From contig CAYFHS010000007.1 of NCBI GenBank assembly GCA_964342815.1, positions 32,001 through 96,000 of the forward strand: a DNA stretch of 64,000 nucleotides. Reading direction: 5' to 3'. Below, one piece after another: positions 47,272 to 57,104 of this stretch. Source of the stretch: an uncultured archaeon. GTDB lineage: Archaea > Thermoplasmatota > Penumbrarchaeia > JASLWR01. The position numbers and the translations under genes were made by a program. A model generated the notes under the pieces. The model ran no database searches. It saw only the letters and a list, made by a program, of their open reading frames with translations, and was not told where the DNA came from. Each line of letters starts with the position of its first letter. The stretch's first letter is position 1.

Positions 47272-47949
47272 TCATTTCCTTTTACCAAACTCACCGACCA
47301 GTATCCCATCCGCCTCCTTCGTATCCAGCCCTCCGTGATCCAGAAATGCGCCCGGTTCCTCGTCCAACCTTTCCGCACCAAGAAACATCGCCTCGCTCAC
47401 AACGCCACCCACCACCGCAGGAGGCAAGAACGCCGCTGCCAGAGTATCGCCGGCCTTTAATCCCTCGATGTTGGTCATAATGGTCATATCCGCGGGTCCG
47501 GCAGTGCATCTCGTACGGTATAATTTTCCTACCTTAGCAATGTTTCTTATCTGTACCACCACAAGATCGATTCCATTGGAAGGTTTGTCTCCCGGTATCT
47601 TGAAACGCCGCGGGAGTCCGGAAAAGATTCGAAATGCCCAGAGAAGATTGGCTCGAGCCAGTTCGGACATGTCCTTCTCCATCCGTTCGCGGTACGTAAG
47701 GTAAAGCTTCTTTACGTCCTCGATAATTCCTGAAGTAATATCGCTTTTCGCGAGGTTGGCCAGCTCCATGTAGCTGAATTTCAGAACCATTATCTGCGAA
47801 TCTATGCTGGAAAGGATCTCATTCGTCTGGTTACGGCTCAACCGAATCTTGAACTTTGATTTCGAAAAAATATTGTTTTTTAACTTTTTTAAGGCTAGTT
47901 CTGCAACCAGTATCCGGGGATCCTTGTCGGTCTGATGGACCATGTTCAT
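47272..47949 (-). CDS. tRNA-binding protein with C-terminal EMAP/Trbp111-like OB fold (COG2517-like)
   Basis: IMTNIEGLKAGDTLAAAFLPPAVVGGVVSEAMFLG. Confidence 0.75.
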   Translation of the reverse strand: MNMVHQTDKDPRILVAELALKKLKNNIFSKSKFKIRLSRNQTNEILSSIDSQIMVLKFSYMELANLAKSDITSGIIEDVKKLYLTYRERMEKDMSELARANLLWAFRIFSGLPRRFKIPGDKPSNGIDLVVVQIRNIAKVGKLYRTRCTAGPADMTIMTNIEGLKAGDTLAAAFLPPAVVGGVVSEAMFLGAERLDEEPGAFLDHGGLDTKEADGILVGEFGKRK

Positions 47950-48014
47950 TCAATGGTAGGATGATATAAATTGTTTCTGGAAAAAACTGTGAGCGATCAA
48001 TGATTTGGTTTGAG

Positions 48015-50846
48015 CTAATTCGTCTTCCCTTCAAGTGCCTTCAGTATCTTTTCCGGCGTAATAGGCAGATCTTTGATCCATACCCCTGTTGCATCTTTGA
48101 TTGCATGGGCTACCGCTCCCAGTATGGGAACCGTGGCCCCTTCTCCTACCTCTTTCGCGCCGTATGGCCCCTCTTTCTCGTAAGAATCCACTATCCCGCT
48201 GAATATCTCAGGCGCGTCCTTGATGGTCATCAAAAGATACTCGTGTAGATTCGGATTAACAAGTTCACCATTGTCATTATAGACCATCTCCTCCATGAGA
48301 GCCTCGCCGGTGGTCATCACCACCGCTCCTTCAACCTGGCCGTGTACGGACATGGGATTTACCGGCGTGCCGCAATCGTGGAAATCCCAGAATTTCTTTA
48401 GGTCCACCTTGCCCGTGGAAAGATCGACCTTCAGCTCGCATATGGCAGTGCTGAATGAATACGCGGGAGATGTTCCAACCGTTGCTCCCTTGTAATCGCC
48501 GCCCAGACCCTCGGGGGGCTTGTACCACCCGGTCCCCATCAATGACGAATTGTCGTTGAAATATTTTCGCGCGGCCTCCGCCCATTCCATGGATTTGTTT
48601 TCGTCCTTTTCAGAAAAAATAAACCCTTCCGAGGCTTTCAAATCTTCACTGGGGCAGTCCAGGATCCGTGCCGCCACCGGGAATAATTTCGCTAGAACAT
48701 CTTCCGCCGCCCGCTTGACCGCGTTGCCACCCATAAGAGTTATTCGCGACGAGTAAGCACCGAGATCGATGGGGCTGATATCCGAATCCTCCGAGCGTAT
48801 CCGGACCCTGTCGGCCGGCAGCCCCAGAGCTTCCGCCGCTATCATGGGAAGTATAGTATCGGAACCCTGACCGATATCTGCGGCGCCAATGAAAAGAACT
48901 GCCTGGGTGCCGTCCTCGGAGATCTTGATAATGGCGTTTGCATGCGGAAAGATGGATTTCTTCTGGAAAGGCTCCCTTGGTTTTTGGGAATGCTGCTGCA
49001 CCTGTCCTCGATATATTGCATAACCCGCCCCTGAAACAAAACCACCGCTGGATAATCCGATGCCATGGCCTGCTGGTAGTTTATCATATTTTTCCGAGAA
49101 ACCCGATTCCGCCACCGCTTGGATTAGAGTGTCCTTGTATCGGCAGCTCTTGATGTCCAGGTCGTTGCATGTGTGATAATCCGCTTCCATTGAATTTATC
49201 CTTCGGACCTCCACCGGGTCCAGGGACAGCTCGTCACATATCATGTTCAACAGGCACTCGAAGGCAAAGCGGGGCTGCGGCGAGCCGTGTCCGCGAAATG
49301 CACCGCAGGCCGGTTTGTTCGTCATGACCCTTCGGCCGGTATATTTGTAGTTTGGAATCTTGTAGAGTGTGGGTATCATGCTCCCGGCATAGTAGACCGT
49401 CACGATCCCAAACGACGTATATGCACCCCCATCAAGAAAAATTGTACTTTCGAAGGCAGTGATCTCCCCGTTTCGCTTGACGCCCATTTTCATTTTGATG
49501 TACTGTTTATGCCTGCCCCGGTGATGCAGGAACATCTCTTTTCTTGTATAGACCATCTTCACAGGGCAGCCGGTCTCTTTAGACAGCACACAGCTGATGA
49601 GGTCCAGAGGTGTTGTCTCGGCCTTTCCCCCAAAGCCCCCTCCCACAGCTGGCCGTATAACCTTGATCTTCCCAAGCGGTATATCGAAAACGTTGGCCAG
49701 CATATAATGAACGTAGTGGGGCACCTGAGTTGCTGAATAGAGCACTAAAAGTCCGTCCTGCCAGTCGCTAATGGACGCATGCGGCTCAATGGGCGCCTGC
49801 TGGGTGAAGTTCCCCGTGAAACTTTCTTCCTTGATGTAGTCGGCTTCGGAAAATCCCTGCTCAACATTCCCGAAATGGTGGTCCACTCTCGTGTTTATGT
49901 TGTTGGGATATCGCTCATGCAGCAGAGGGGCCCCGTTTTCCATGGCCTCGTAAACGTCGAATACAGCTGGTAGTTCCTCGTAATCCACTTCAATGAGTTC
50001 AAGCGCCCTCTCGGCAGTCTCCTCGTCCACTGCTGCCACGGCGGCGACCTCATCTCCAATGTATCGCACGATATCCTTTGCAAGCACATACTCGTCATAT
50101 CGCGGAGGACTTACGCCGTACTGTCTGTCAGGAACGTCCATACCGGTGATCACAGCCTTTACCCCTGGCAGTGCTTCGGCCTTTGAGGTGTCTATTCTCA
50201 TTATCCGGCCGTGTGGGATGGGACTGTGAAGGATTTTTCCGTGTAACATTTTAGCTAATACGATATCACCTGTGTACTTCGCCCTGCCCGTAACTTTATC
50301 TCTTGCATCGTAACGTGGTAGACTCTTTCCCACTACCTTGTAATTGTCTAGGTCGTATTCTTTCGTCTCCGGTTCGTCCACATCTTCGTATTTCTTCCAG
50401 TTCTTAACCGCATCCAGTATTTTAACGTAACCGGTGCAGCGGCAGAGGTTGCCGCCAAGGGCTTCTTTGATTTTATCATCAGTAGGTTCGGTGTATTTAT
50501 CTGTAAGGGCTTTAGCACTCATAACCATACCTGGAGTGCAGTATCCGCATTGTATGGCGCCGCTGTGAACGAAAGATTTTTGCATGGGCGAGAGCTTCCC
50601 TTTCTCTTCAAGCCCTTCTATGGTGGTGATTCGTTTTCCTGCCATATTTGCGGCGAGCAGGAGACAGCTCGACAATTGCTCCCCGTCCACCAGCACTGTA
50701 CAGGCACCGCATACCCCGAGCCCGCATCCCTTCTTGGTACCGGTCAGGTCAAGTTTGTCCCTGATAACGTCCAATAGAGTGGTGTTTGGTTTTACGGCGA
50801 TTGTGCGCTCGTCCCCGTTCACGTTGAGGGTGATAAGCTCATACAA
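48015..50846 (-). CDS. Xanthine-dehydrogenase-family molybdoenzyme, fused 2x[2Fe-2S] + Mo subunit, 4-hydroxybenzoyl-CoA reductase alpha-like
   Basis: GTKKGCGLGVCGACTV, QCGYCTPG, GGNLCRCTGY; Mo domain GGGFGGK, AFRGHG, DIGQGS, YSSRIT, GAKEVGE. Confidence 0.9.
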   Translation of the reverse strand: MYELITLNVNGDERTIAVKPNTTLLDVIRDKLDLTGTKKGCGLGVCGACTVLVDGEQLSSCLLLAANMAGKRITTIEGLEEKGKLSPMQKSFVHSGAIQCGYCTPGMVMSAKALTDKYTEPTDDKIKEALGGNLCRCTGYVKILDAVKNWKKYEDVDEPETKEYDLDNYKVVGKSLPRYDARDKVTGRAKYTGDIVLAKMLHGKILHSPIPHGRIMRIDTSKAEALPGVKAVITGMDVPDRQYGVSPPRYDEYVLAKDIVRYIGDEVAAVAAVDEETAERALELIEVDYEELPAVFDVYEAMENGAPLLHERYPNNINTRVDHHFGNVEQGFSEADYIKEESFTGNFTQQAPIEPHASISDWQDGLLVLYSATQVPHYVHYMLANVFDIPLGKIKVIRPAVGGGFGGKAETTPLDLISCVLSKETGCPVKMVYTRKEMFLHHRGRHKQYIKMKMGVKRNGEITAFESTIFLDGGAYTSFGIVTVYYAGSMIPTLYKIPNYKYTGRRVMTNKPACGAFRGHGSPQPRFAFECLLNMICDELSLDPVEVRRINSMEADYHTCNDLDIKSCRYKDTLIQAVAESGFSEKYDKLPAGHGIGLSSGGFVSGAGYAIYRGQVQQHSQKPREPFQKKSIFPHANAIIKISEDGTQAVLFIGAADIGQGSDTILPMIAAEALGLPADRVRIRSEDSDISPIDLGAYSSRITLMGGNAVKRAAEDVLAKLFPVAARILDCPSEDLKASEGFIFSEKDENKSMEWAEAARKYFNDNSSLMGTGWYKPPEGLGGDYKGATVGTSPAYSFSTAICELKVDLSTGKVDLKKFWDFHDCGTPVNPMSVHGQVEGAVVMTTGEALMEEMVYNDNGELVNPNLHEYLLMTIKDAPEIFSGIVDSYEKEGPYGAKEVGEGATVPILGAVAHAIKDATGVWIKDLPITPEKILKALEGKTN

Positions 50847-51725
50847 TCAATCACCTCTCCCGGCAGCCCGCTCGAAGGCTTCCTTAAGTGACTTTTCGGT
50901 GAGAACGCGGATCAATTTTTTTCGGTATTCTCTGGAACCGCGGATGTCCGATATAGGTTTCGATTCGCCGCTGGCAGCCGCGGCCGCCTTGGAAAAGAGG
51001 TCCTCTGAAGCTACTTTGCCCGCCAGCATTTCGGACGCCCCCACAGCCACCATTGGTACCGGTGCAACAGCTCCCAAAACAATTCTTCCCTCTTCGATAG
51101 CGTTTCCATTCAGGGTGAGGCTCGATGCAACTGAAGCAACGGCAAGGGCATTTGCTCCACGCAGCTTGAATTTTTTATAACTTATTCCGGTATTATTGCC
51201 GACTGATGGGATCATCACATGACTCAGGATTTCTCCTTCCGCGATGACCGTTTTCCTCGGGCCGTAAAATAGATTTTTGAGGGGGACATTCCGTTCACTA
51301 TCCATACCGACGATGATGGCAGATGCTCCCGCGGCGATCAGAACGGGGGGAATGTCGGCAGAGGGGACTGCGCTGGCGATATTTCCTCCAATGGTCCCCT
51401 GGTTCCTGATCTGCTTTGATGCCATTGAGGAGGCGGCTTCGGAAAGAGCCTTCACCCACTGCCCGATAATTTCACTCTCAGCAACTTCATTTAACGATAC
51501 GCGTGCACCTATCCGAACCCCGTCACCAGTTACCTCGATTCCTCTCAATCCCGCTATTTTTGCCAGTGAAACCAGATGAGATGTTTCTATATTGTGCTGC
51601 TTTAAGTCCACCAGCAGATCGGTCCCGCCGGCGATTATCCTTGCCAAGCCGCCGAATTCCAGAAGCAGGCGGCAGGCCTCCTTGATATTACCCGGCTCAT
51701 GGATAATGAAATCGCGCATATTCAT
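50847..51725 (-). CDS. FAD-binding (CoxM/CutM-like) subunit without a [4Fe-4S] insertion
   Basis: IIAGGTDLLV, IRNQGTIGGNIASAVPSAD, VLGAVAPVP, SDIRGSREYR. Confidence 0.92.
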   Translation of the reverse strand: MNMRDFIIHEPGNIKEACRLLLEFGGLARIIAGGTDLLVDLKQHNIETSHLVSLAKIAGLRGIEVTGDGVRIGARVSLNEVAESEIIGQWVKALSEAASSMASKQIRNQGTIGGNIASAVPSADIPPVLIAAGASAIIVGMDSERNVPLKNLFYGPRKTVIAEGEILSHVMIPSVGNNTGISYKKFKLRGANALAVASVASSLTLNGNAIEEGRIVLGAVAPVPMVAVGASEMLAGKVASEDLFSKAAAAASGESKPISDIRGSREYRKKLIRVLTEKSLKEAFERAAGRGD

Positions 51726-52026
51726 ATGCTCAGCTCCTGTGAGATCAATCGGGGGATATGTATCAGCATAGATAAAACTTTTTTTTCAAACTATGATTTG
51801 CCACTCAGGAGAACTGGAAGGATTCATACAGTTTGGATATTCACATTAATCATACAATATGGGCCTACTGCTACTAGATGTAAGTCCGGATATGAAGATA
51901 CAATTATCATCAGTAGGTTTCACCTCTTGGAACTATGGGTTGTTATTGTGTATCACTCCTTATATACGATAAAATTCATATTCGTTATATGAGGGGGATT
52001 TACTGTCTAGGATATGGTGAATCCAA

Positions 52027-52422
52027 ATGAGTCAGACCGAGACAACAATCAACGTCAGAGAAAATATCGAGATCAAGGAACTAGCAATGGCCCAGCTGCT
52101 AGCCGATGATTACTGTCTAAAGATCATAACGGGCACCGCAAAGAAAAGTATGAGCGTCAAGGATATGGCTTTCACTTATTTCATACCCTTCGCAACATGC
52201 TACAAGAAGGTGGCCCAACTGGAGGCGATAGGGCTTATAAAAGAAGATGGAAAGGTTCTCAAGGGCAGCGGGAAGAAACATTCCGTTTACCGTTCAGCTC
52301 TTAAGAATCTCGAAGTCAATTACACGGGTAATAAGATCGTATTGAAAGTTGAGCTGGAAGGCGCCGGGTCGAAAAATATATCGCTGGACCTGGTAGACGG
52401 GTCCCTGGTTACGACTAAATAA
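52027..52422 (+). CDS. Small winged-helix regulator
   Basis: DDYCLKII...SVKDMA...TCYKKVAQLEAIGLI. Confidence 0.65.
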   Translation: MSQTETTINVRENIEIKELAMAQLLADDYCLKIITGTAKKSMSVKDMAFTYFIPFATCYKKVAQLEAIGLIKEDGKVLKGSGKKHSVYRSALKNLEVNYTGNKIVLKVELEGAGSKNISLDLVDGSLVTTK

Positions 52423-52500
52423 AAATATCCCGGGGAAGTTCCAACGAGTCCCATTATACTCCGGTTTCGCTTTAGACTATTCCAAATGAAATTGTTTTTT

Positions 52501-53484
52501 CTATCCCTGATGCTCAGCAAGCTCAGATCCCCTGATGAGAGAAACGATTGCTGAGTTGTAAGGAGCAGTTATCCCCTTGGCACTGCCGTATTCAACTATT
52601 TTTTCGTTTAAAAAACCGATCTCAGTGGGGCTTCCTCTTTCAAGGTCCACGTGCATGGATGTTTTATGATGCCCTGCTTTGTCAAGATAACCCATGCACA
52701 TTTCGAGAAAATCTTTATCGTATTCGATACCGTTGGCCCCGGCCACCTCGATTCCTTCCTGCAGTATCGCTTGAGCAAGTGACCTCGTTTCTTGGAGTTC
52801 CATCATCTGTTTCATTGTTCTTCTGGTTAGAGCGCAGACCGGGCTCAAAGCCGCGTTCAATATCGTTTTTGTCCACTCGTGTTTCTTGATCTCTCTCGTA
52901 AAGACGGTCTCGAGACCCGCTTCAGTGATAATCCTTGCAATTTCCCTTGCATTTTCATCCGCAGCAGAGTCAATCGTTCCAATGTAGTTGGGTGAATTGA
53001 AAAAAGAGATTTTAACGATCCCATTACCTGCCAGGTTTCCAGCGTAGTTGACTACAATACGTAATGTTTTTTCTTTTCCGAACACACCGGCAATGGCCTC
53101 TTCCGTGTCCAGACCGTTCTGGAGGCTTATTCCAAGAATTCCTGATGGCACGACCTGTTTGATAAGAGGAAGTATTCTCCCCATGATTGAAGCTTTTACT
53201 GAAATAAATACACCATGGAGTTCCCGCCCGGCCAGTTCATCGATTCCATTAAGGAGATTTTCTTTCGGGAAAGGGACCGTCATCTCCGCAACTCCGGTGA
53301 TCCTGAGACCATTTCTAGCAATCTCGTCAAGGTGATCCTTCAAGATATCCACCAGCACAATGCTGTGTCCGGCATTTGCCAGATGGGCGCCCATGATACC
53401 ACCAATTGGGCCTGCGCCGATTATGGCAAATTTCATCTTCTTATCCATGAATGCTGCCTCCTTTACAATAAATATTATTTTCAA
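52501..53484 (-). CDS. panE: Ketopantoate reductase / PanE-type 2-oxoacid reductase
   Basis: IIGAGPIGG, SLQNG, EWTKTILNAALSPVCAL, TSMHVD...TEIGFLN. Confidence 0.88.
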   Translation of the reverse strand: MKIIFIVKEAAFMDKKMKFAIIGAGPIGGIMGAHLANAGHSIVLVDILKDHLDEIARNGLRITGVAEMTVPFPKENLLNGIDELAGRELHGVFISVKASIMGRILPLIKQVVPSGILGISLQNGLDTEEAIAGVFGKEKTLRIVVNYAGNLAGNGIVKISFFNSPNYIGTIDSAADENAREIARIITEAGLETVFTREIKKHEWTKTILNAALSPVCALTRRTMKQMMELQETRSLAQAILQEGIEVAGANGIEYDKDFLEMCMGYLDKAGHHKTSMHVDLERGSPTEIGFLNEKIVEYGSAKGITAPYNSAIVSLIRGSELAEHQG

Positions 53485-55022
53485 CAGAATTTTTCTCTGA
53501 GCTTTCGATGCAGTTTCTTTCCAGTCCCCGTCCTTGGCATCTCATCGGGATTAATAAAATATATTGATTTGGGTTTTTTGTATCCTGCCATCCTGCCTTT
53601 ACAGTGATTCTTGAGTTCCGCCTCTGTGACGGTGATGCCTTCCTTTGGGATAACCACGGCTACCACCTGCTCACCCCATTTTGGATCCGGAATTCCTATG
53701 ATAGCTGAGTCATAGACTGCTGGGTGGGTACATATTATATTCTCGACCTCCGTGGGATAAACGTGTTCCCCTCCGGTGATTATCATATTGTCTTTTCGGT
53801 CAACGATGTAGTAGTAACCGTCCTCGTCCCTTCTTGCAAGATCCCTTGCGGTAAAGAATTTTCCCGCAAAAGAGGCCGCCGTTTTCTCGGGTAGCTTCCA
53901 GTATTTATCGAATAGCATGGGCCCGTAGGAGTATAGCTCACCCACCTCGCCCGTTGGGACCGGTTTCCCGTCCTCATCCAGTAATTTCAGGATGGCCGTG
54001 GCTGAGGATTCTCTACCGATGGAACCCGTCTTGGTATACTGTTCCTCGGGAAACAGCGTCGTAACGATACCAGCCTCGGTGGAACCGTAACCCTCATACA
54101 ATTCCACTCCTCTGAAGAAATTCATGATCTCCCTTTTCATTTCAGGCGATACCGGTGCCGAAGAGCACAACAGCTTTTTAATGCTGGATACGTCAAATCC
54201 TTTAGCTTTTTCCGTTGGTGCATTGAGAATAATATTGTAGTGGGTGGGTATGAGCGAGATGAAATTTATCTTTTCACGTTCGATGATCTCAAGTATCTCG
54301 AGTGGCCTGAACGATCTAGCGGTGTGTATGTAAAAGGAGCCTCCCATGTAAGTAAAATTGAAAGTGAAGAAAGTGGAATTAACATGGCAAAGGGGCATTA
54401 TATTCAGACATATGTCGCCATGGCTGAAACCGAAATCGATGGCATTTATTAGGTAAAAAGCGATGTATGATTCATGGGATCGAACTACACCTTTTGGAAT
54501 TCCTGTGGTCCCGGAGGTGTAAAGCATTATCCAGGTGTCCTCCGGGGAAACATCGACCATCGGCAGGTCTGGTGACCCTGACCCCAAAAACTCATCATAA
54601 TCCTTCCATCCTTCCGCTGATTTACCGATTATGATCTTATTTTCTTCAGGCATGGAAAGTTCAGGAAGATTTGGTATAAATTCACTGTGCGAAAAAAGCG
54701 CTTTTGCCTCCGAATTCTCGAGAATGTACCCGATCTCGTTTCTGATCAGACGAAACATGATGGGCACTACTACTATCCCGTTACGGCAGGCAGCGAAGTA
54801 CAGCTCGCAAATTTCTATGCTGTTCTCCAGTAGCAGGGCTACTTTATCGCCCTTCTTCAAACCCAGCCCAAGCATGGCGTTGGCCAGCTTGTTTATCCGA
54901 ATGTCCACCTCGGGATATGTATATGACCGGTTAATATCCATCATGCAAACGGTATTGGGATATTTCTCCGCATTTACCGCGATCATCTCGCCCAGGTTCA
55001 GCCAATTCCCCGCCATGTTCAA
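53481..55022 (-). CDS. AMP-forming acyl/aryl-CoA ligase
   Basis: YTSGTTGIPKG, YGSTE, DEDGYYYIVDRKDNMIITGG, PRTGTGK. Confidence 0.92.
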   Translation of the reverse strand: MNMAGNWLNLGEMIAVNAEKYPNTVCMMDINRSYTYPEVDIRINKLANAMLGLGLKKGDKVALLLENSIEICELYFAACRNGIVVVPIMFRLIRNEIGYILENSEAKALFSHSEFIPNLPELSMPEENKIIIGKSAEGWKDYDEFLGSGSPDLPMVDVSPEDTWIMLYTSGTTGIPKGVVRSHESYIAFYLINAIDFGFSHGDICLNIMPLCHVNSTFFTFNFTYMGGSFYIHTARSFRPLEILEIIEREKINFISLIPTHYNIILNAPTEKAKGFDVSSIKKLLCSSAPVSPEMKREIMNFFRGVELYEGYGSTEAGIVTTLFPEEQYTKTGSIGRESSATAILKLLDEDGKPVPTGEVGELYSYGPMLFDKYWKLPEKTAASFAGKFFTARDLARRDEDGYYYIVDRKDNMIITGGEHVYPTEVENIICTHPAVYDSAIIGIPDPKWGEQVVAVVIPKEGITVTEAELKNHCKGRMAGYKKPKSIYFINPDEMPRTGTGKKLHRKLREKFC

Positions 55023-57103
55023 TCCCCTATTCTTATCCTTGCATCCACAACTAAAGGTCTCCTTCCCGCTTCAAAAGCGAATATGGGATTCAAGTCCATT
55101 TCCACTATCAATGGCAGTTCGGTGACCATCATGGATACACGCTGGATTATTTCGATCAATTTTTCGATATCGACACCCGCTTGCCCCCTGAAACCGGAAA
55201 GTAAGGGGTAAAGCTTCAGCGAGGCAAGCATTTCTGCAGCTTCGACCTTGCTAAGGGGAGCAATGCCGAAAGATGCATCCTTTAGAAGCTCCACCAATAC
55301 TCCACCGGTCCCCGCCATAATAAGATGACCGAGTCTTTCTTCCCTTTTAGCCCCAACTATGACTTCCTTTCCCCCGGAGATAAATTTCTGAATGAAAAAT
55401 TTGAAACTCAGCTTGGAAAATTTAGCGGTCATTTCAATAAGAGTTGCGCGTAATGCATTCTCGTCTTCTATATTGACGGCAACACCCCCGACATCACTCT
55501 TGTGGACTATTTCTTCGGAATCTACCTTTACCACCACGGGGTACCCCACGGCTTCGGCCTCCTTAATCGCTTCATCAACATTTTCGGCTATACGCCATTG
55601 GGCAACTGAAATACCAAACGCTTCAAGCAATCCCATCACGTCGGACTGTGAGAGATATTTGTTTCTGTTCTTCGCGCGGATGATATCCTTGGCGTGGGCT
55701 CTGTTCACATCTTCGAATATATGAATCCCGCCCAGTTTTCTACCACGTATCTCACCGTATCTGGTAAGGGCTACCAGAGCTCTTGCCGCCGTCTCCGGGA
55801 AGCTGTAGCATGGTACGTTTCCTTCCTTTAGTATTCTCAGCGTCTCAAGCCACTGATGCTTGTCTGTCATTAGATTGCATACTATCGGTTTTTTCCCAAC
55901 CAGATTCACCTCTGCTATCTCACGCGCTATACTTTCGTTGTCAACGAAAAACGGCGTTACGAAATTAATGTACAAGCTGTCAATGGTCTCCTCATCCATC
56001 AGCACATCCATGGCCGCCCTGAAATGCCCCGCATTTGCCGTGGCTAGAACGTCGATGGGATTGTTAATGGATGCCGCCGAGTACAATTTCTCACTTAGTA
56101 CCGCTTCGGCCCTTTGTGAAAGTTGGGGTATTTTCAATCCCGCTTCCACCAGTTCGTCCGTGGCGATTATTGCAGGACCACCCGTATTCGTGATCATACC
56201 AACGGAATTACCCCGGGGAATAGGTTGAGTGGTGAAGGCCGCAGCCGCCTGGCACAGTTCCTCCTCGTCCCTGAAAACAAGTATTCCTGTCTTTTTGAAG
56301 ATCAGCTCGGTGGTGATCTCCATGCGAGCAAGACCCCCGGTATGTGACGATGCAGCCTTTGCCCCTTCCTCTGTTCGGCCCGCTTTCATACCCAGGACCG
56401 GTTTCTTGGCAGCTGCTTCTCTTGCCGCCTCCATAAACTTTCCGGGATCCGAAATACCCTCTACATAGAGGACTATGACACGGGTTTCATCATCGTTCCC
56501 CCAGTACTGTAGAATCTCAGGAATGGAAATGTCGCAAGCGTTTCCGTTGGAAGCGTACATCCTTACTCCTACACCCAGCTCGGAGAAACGCTGGTTTATC
56601 ACCTCGCCTACCCCCCCACTCTGGGCTACTATTGAGATACCCCCGACTTCGGGTTTTGTAAAAGTGAAATTGCAGTATGCTCTGACGAGAGGGTCTGTAT
56701 TGATTATACCCTGGCAGTTGGGACCGAAAACCCGGATACTATGTTCTCTCGCCTTTTTAACCACAAGTTCTTCCAGTTCGGCGCCCTTTCCGCCTATCTC
56801 CTTGAATCCTGCCGTGTTGATGATAACCGTTTTCACGTTCTTCTTGCCGCAGTCGTCAATTGCAAAGGGTACGAACTTATTTGGTATCACTATATGCGCC
56901 AGATCGATCTCGCCGGCTACATCACAAATATTGCCGTAGGCTTTTATCCCCCTCACATGATCTGCCTTTGGATTAATAGGGTAGATCGACCCCTTGTAAC
57001 CGAAATCCTGTAAATTTTTTATTATACGGTTGCCGATGGAAAGCTCTTTCGTGGAAGCGCCTATTATTGCCACCGATCTCGGTTTGAAAAGTGCGTCCAG
57101 CAT
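55019..57103 (-). CDS. ADP-forming acyl-CoA synthetase (fused alpha-beta)
   Basis: PRSVAIIGAS, GPNCQG, AQSGG, KAGRT...SHTGGL (phospho-His), ATP-grasp HKSDVGGV. Confidence 0.92.
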   Translation of the reverse strand: MLDALFKPRSVAIIGASTKELSIGNRIIKNLQDFGYKGSIYPINPKADHVRGIKAYGNICDVAGEIDLAHIVIPNKFVPFAIDDCGKKNVKTVIINTAGFKEIGGKGAELEELVVKKAREHSIRVFGPNCQGIINTDPLVRAYCNFTFTKPEVGGISIVAQSGGVGEVINQRFSELGVGVRMYASNGNACDISIPEILQYWGNDDETRVIVLYVEGISDPGKFMEAAREAAAKKPVLGMKAGRTEEGAKAASSHTGGLARMEITTELIFKKTGILVFRDEEELCQAAAAFTTQPIPRGNSVGMITNTGGPAIIATDELVEAGLKIPQLSQRAEAVLSEKLYSAASINNPIDVLATANAGHFRAAMDVLMDEETIDSLYINFVTPFFVDNESIAREIAEVNLVGKKPIVCNLMTDKHQWLETLRILKEGNVPCYSFPETAARALVALTRYGEIRGRKLGGIHIFEDVNRAHAKDIIRAKNRNKYLSQSDVMGLLEAFGISVAQWRIAENVDEAIKEAEAVGYPVVVKVDSEEIVHKSDVGGVAVNIEDENALRATLIEMTAKFSKLSFKFFIQKFISGGKEVIVGAKREERLGHLIMAGTGGVLVELLKDASFGIAPLSKVEAAEMLASLKLYPLLSGFRGQAGVDIEKLIEIIQRVSMMVTELPLIVEMDLNPIFAFEAGRRPLVVDARIRIGD

Positions 57104-57104
57104 A

